Translations under genes and position numbers: made by a program
The notes under the pieces: generated by a model
Told to the model about the DNA's origin: nothing
The model's database searches: none
Seen by the model: only the letters and a program-made list of their open reading frames with translations
Assembly: GCA_018055415.1 (NCBI GenBank)
Contig: JAGPHP010000001.1
Coordinates: 1-58,685, forward strand
Source of the DNA: Breznakibacter sp.
GTDB taxonomy: Bacteria; Bacteroidota; Bacteroidia; Bacteroidales; Marinilabiliaceae
Direction: 5' to 3'
DNA length: 58,685 bases
Part shown: positions 58,459 to 58,685 of the stretch, piece after piece
Layout: each line of letters starts with the position of its first letter
How positions within the stretch are numbered: position 1 is the stretch's first letter

Positions 58459-58685
58459 ATGTATTTTGCAGTAAAAAATGTTCAACCTACAGATAATTAC
58501 CACCTTATCCTTACTTTTGAGAATGGAGATAAACGATTGTTTGATATGAATCCGTATCTAAATATTGGAATCTTTCAAGAGTTAAAAGATAAAGCGGAAT
58601 TCAAAAAGGTCAAAGTCTCTTTTGATTCTATCGAATGGGAAAATGAAGCCGATTTTGATCCCGAAGTGCTCTATCAAAATAGCAC
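58459..58685 (+). CDS. DUF2442-family protein, 3' partial at the window edge
   Basis: ATG 58459 opens MYFAVKNVQPTDNYHLILTFENGDKRLFDMNPYLNIGIFQELKDKAEFKKVKVSFDSIEWENEADFDPEVLYQNS. It is absent from the track because no stop is reached. This is the typical partner of DUF4160. Confidence 0.7.
   Translation, partial: MYFAVKNVQPTDNYHLILTFENGDKRLFDMNPYLNIGIFQELKDKAEFKKVKVSFDSIEWENEADFDPEVLYQNS

Overview
58.7-kb low-GC chromosomal segment that looks like Bacteroidota. The evidence is recurrent TAnnTTTG -7 promoter boxes, little Shine-Dalgarno signal, and the DPP-IV, menaquinone and ECF-sigma gene content. All calls come from reading the sequence and recalling motifs; no searches were run.

It is densely coding and mostly housekeeping:
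- dcp (5' partial), a PAS hybrid histidine kinase and an LtaS-family transferase
- queF-queE-queC
- prmA plus a 1526-aa secreted giant protein
- menE-menC-menA, satP and a GT2 glycosyltransferase
- uvrA, an ECF sigma factor and a lipoprotein
- a serine/glycine/PLP block: gcvT, comB-like, serC, serA, DUF1015, yggS
- an Hpt+STAS pair and DPP-IV
- a small secreted protein plus a 1029-aa multidomain ABCG-like transporter
- a SiaB/SiaC-like partner-switching pair
- cysE, pnuC, guaA, rnz, a second STAS gene, rpsA, pckA, xerD, aroQ and pyk
- three tandem tRNA-Asp(GTC) genes
- sbcDC, a thioredoxin-like gene remnant, and a DUF4160/DUF2442 pair at the right edge

I found no CRISPR array, transposase, phage genes or recognisable defence system, and I cannot point to one unambiguous novel multigene system.

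The most interesting signals are:
1. A preQ1-I-like hairpin with an A-rich tail in front of queCEF.
2. A ~1-kb G-depleted noncoding mosaic upstream of the hybrid kinase. It holds a 23-nt perfect inverted repeat that competes with local hairpins, a 42-nt-IR-bounded element, and a GC-rich long-stem repeat. That repeat is shared with the xerD/aroQ spacer, and the two copies differ by a compensatory change in the stem.
3. A symmetric palindrome nest between queF and the LtaS-family gene.
4. Scattered partner-switching and phosphorelay parts: SiaB/SiaC-like, two STAS genes and an orphan Hpt. No phosphatase or output enzyme is present in the window.
5. Unknown-function genes (DUF1015, ComB-like) tightly coupled to serine/glycine genes.
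6. Gene decay at the right end, next to the tRNA array.
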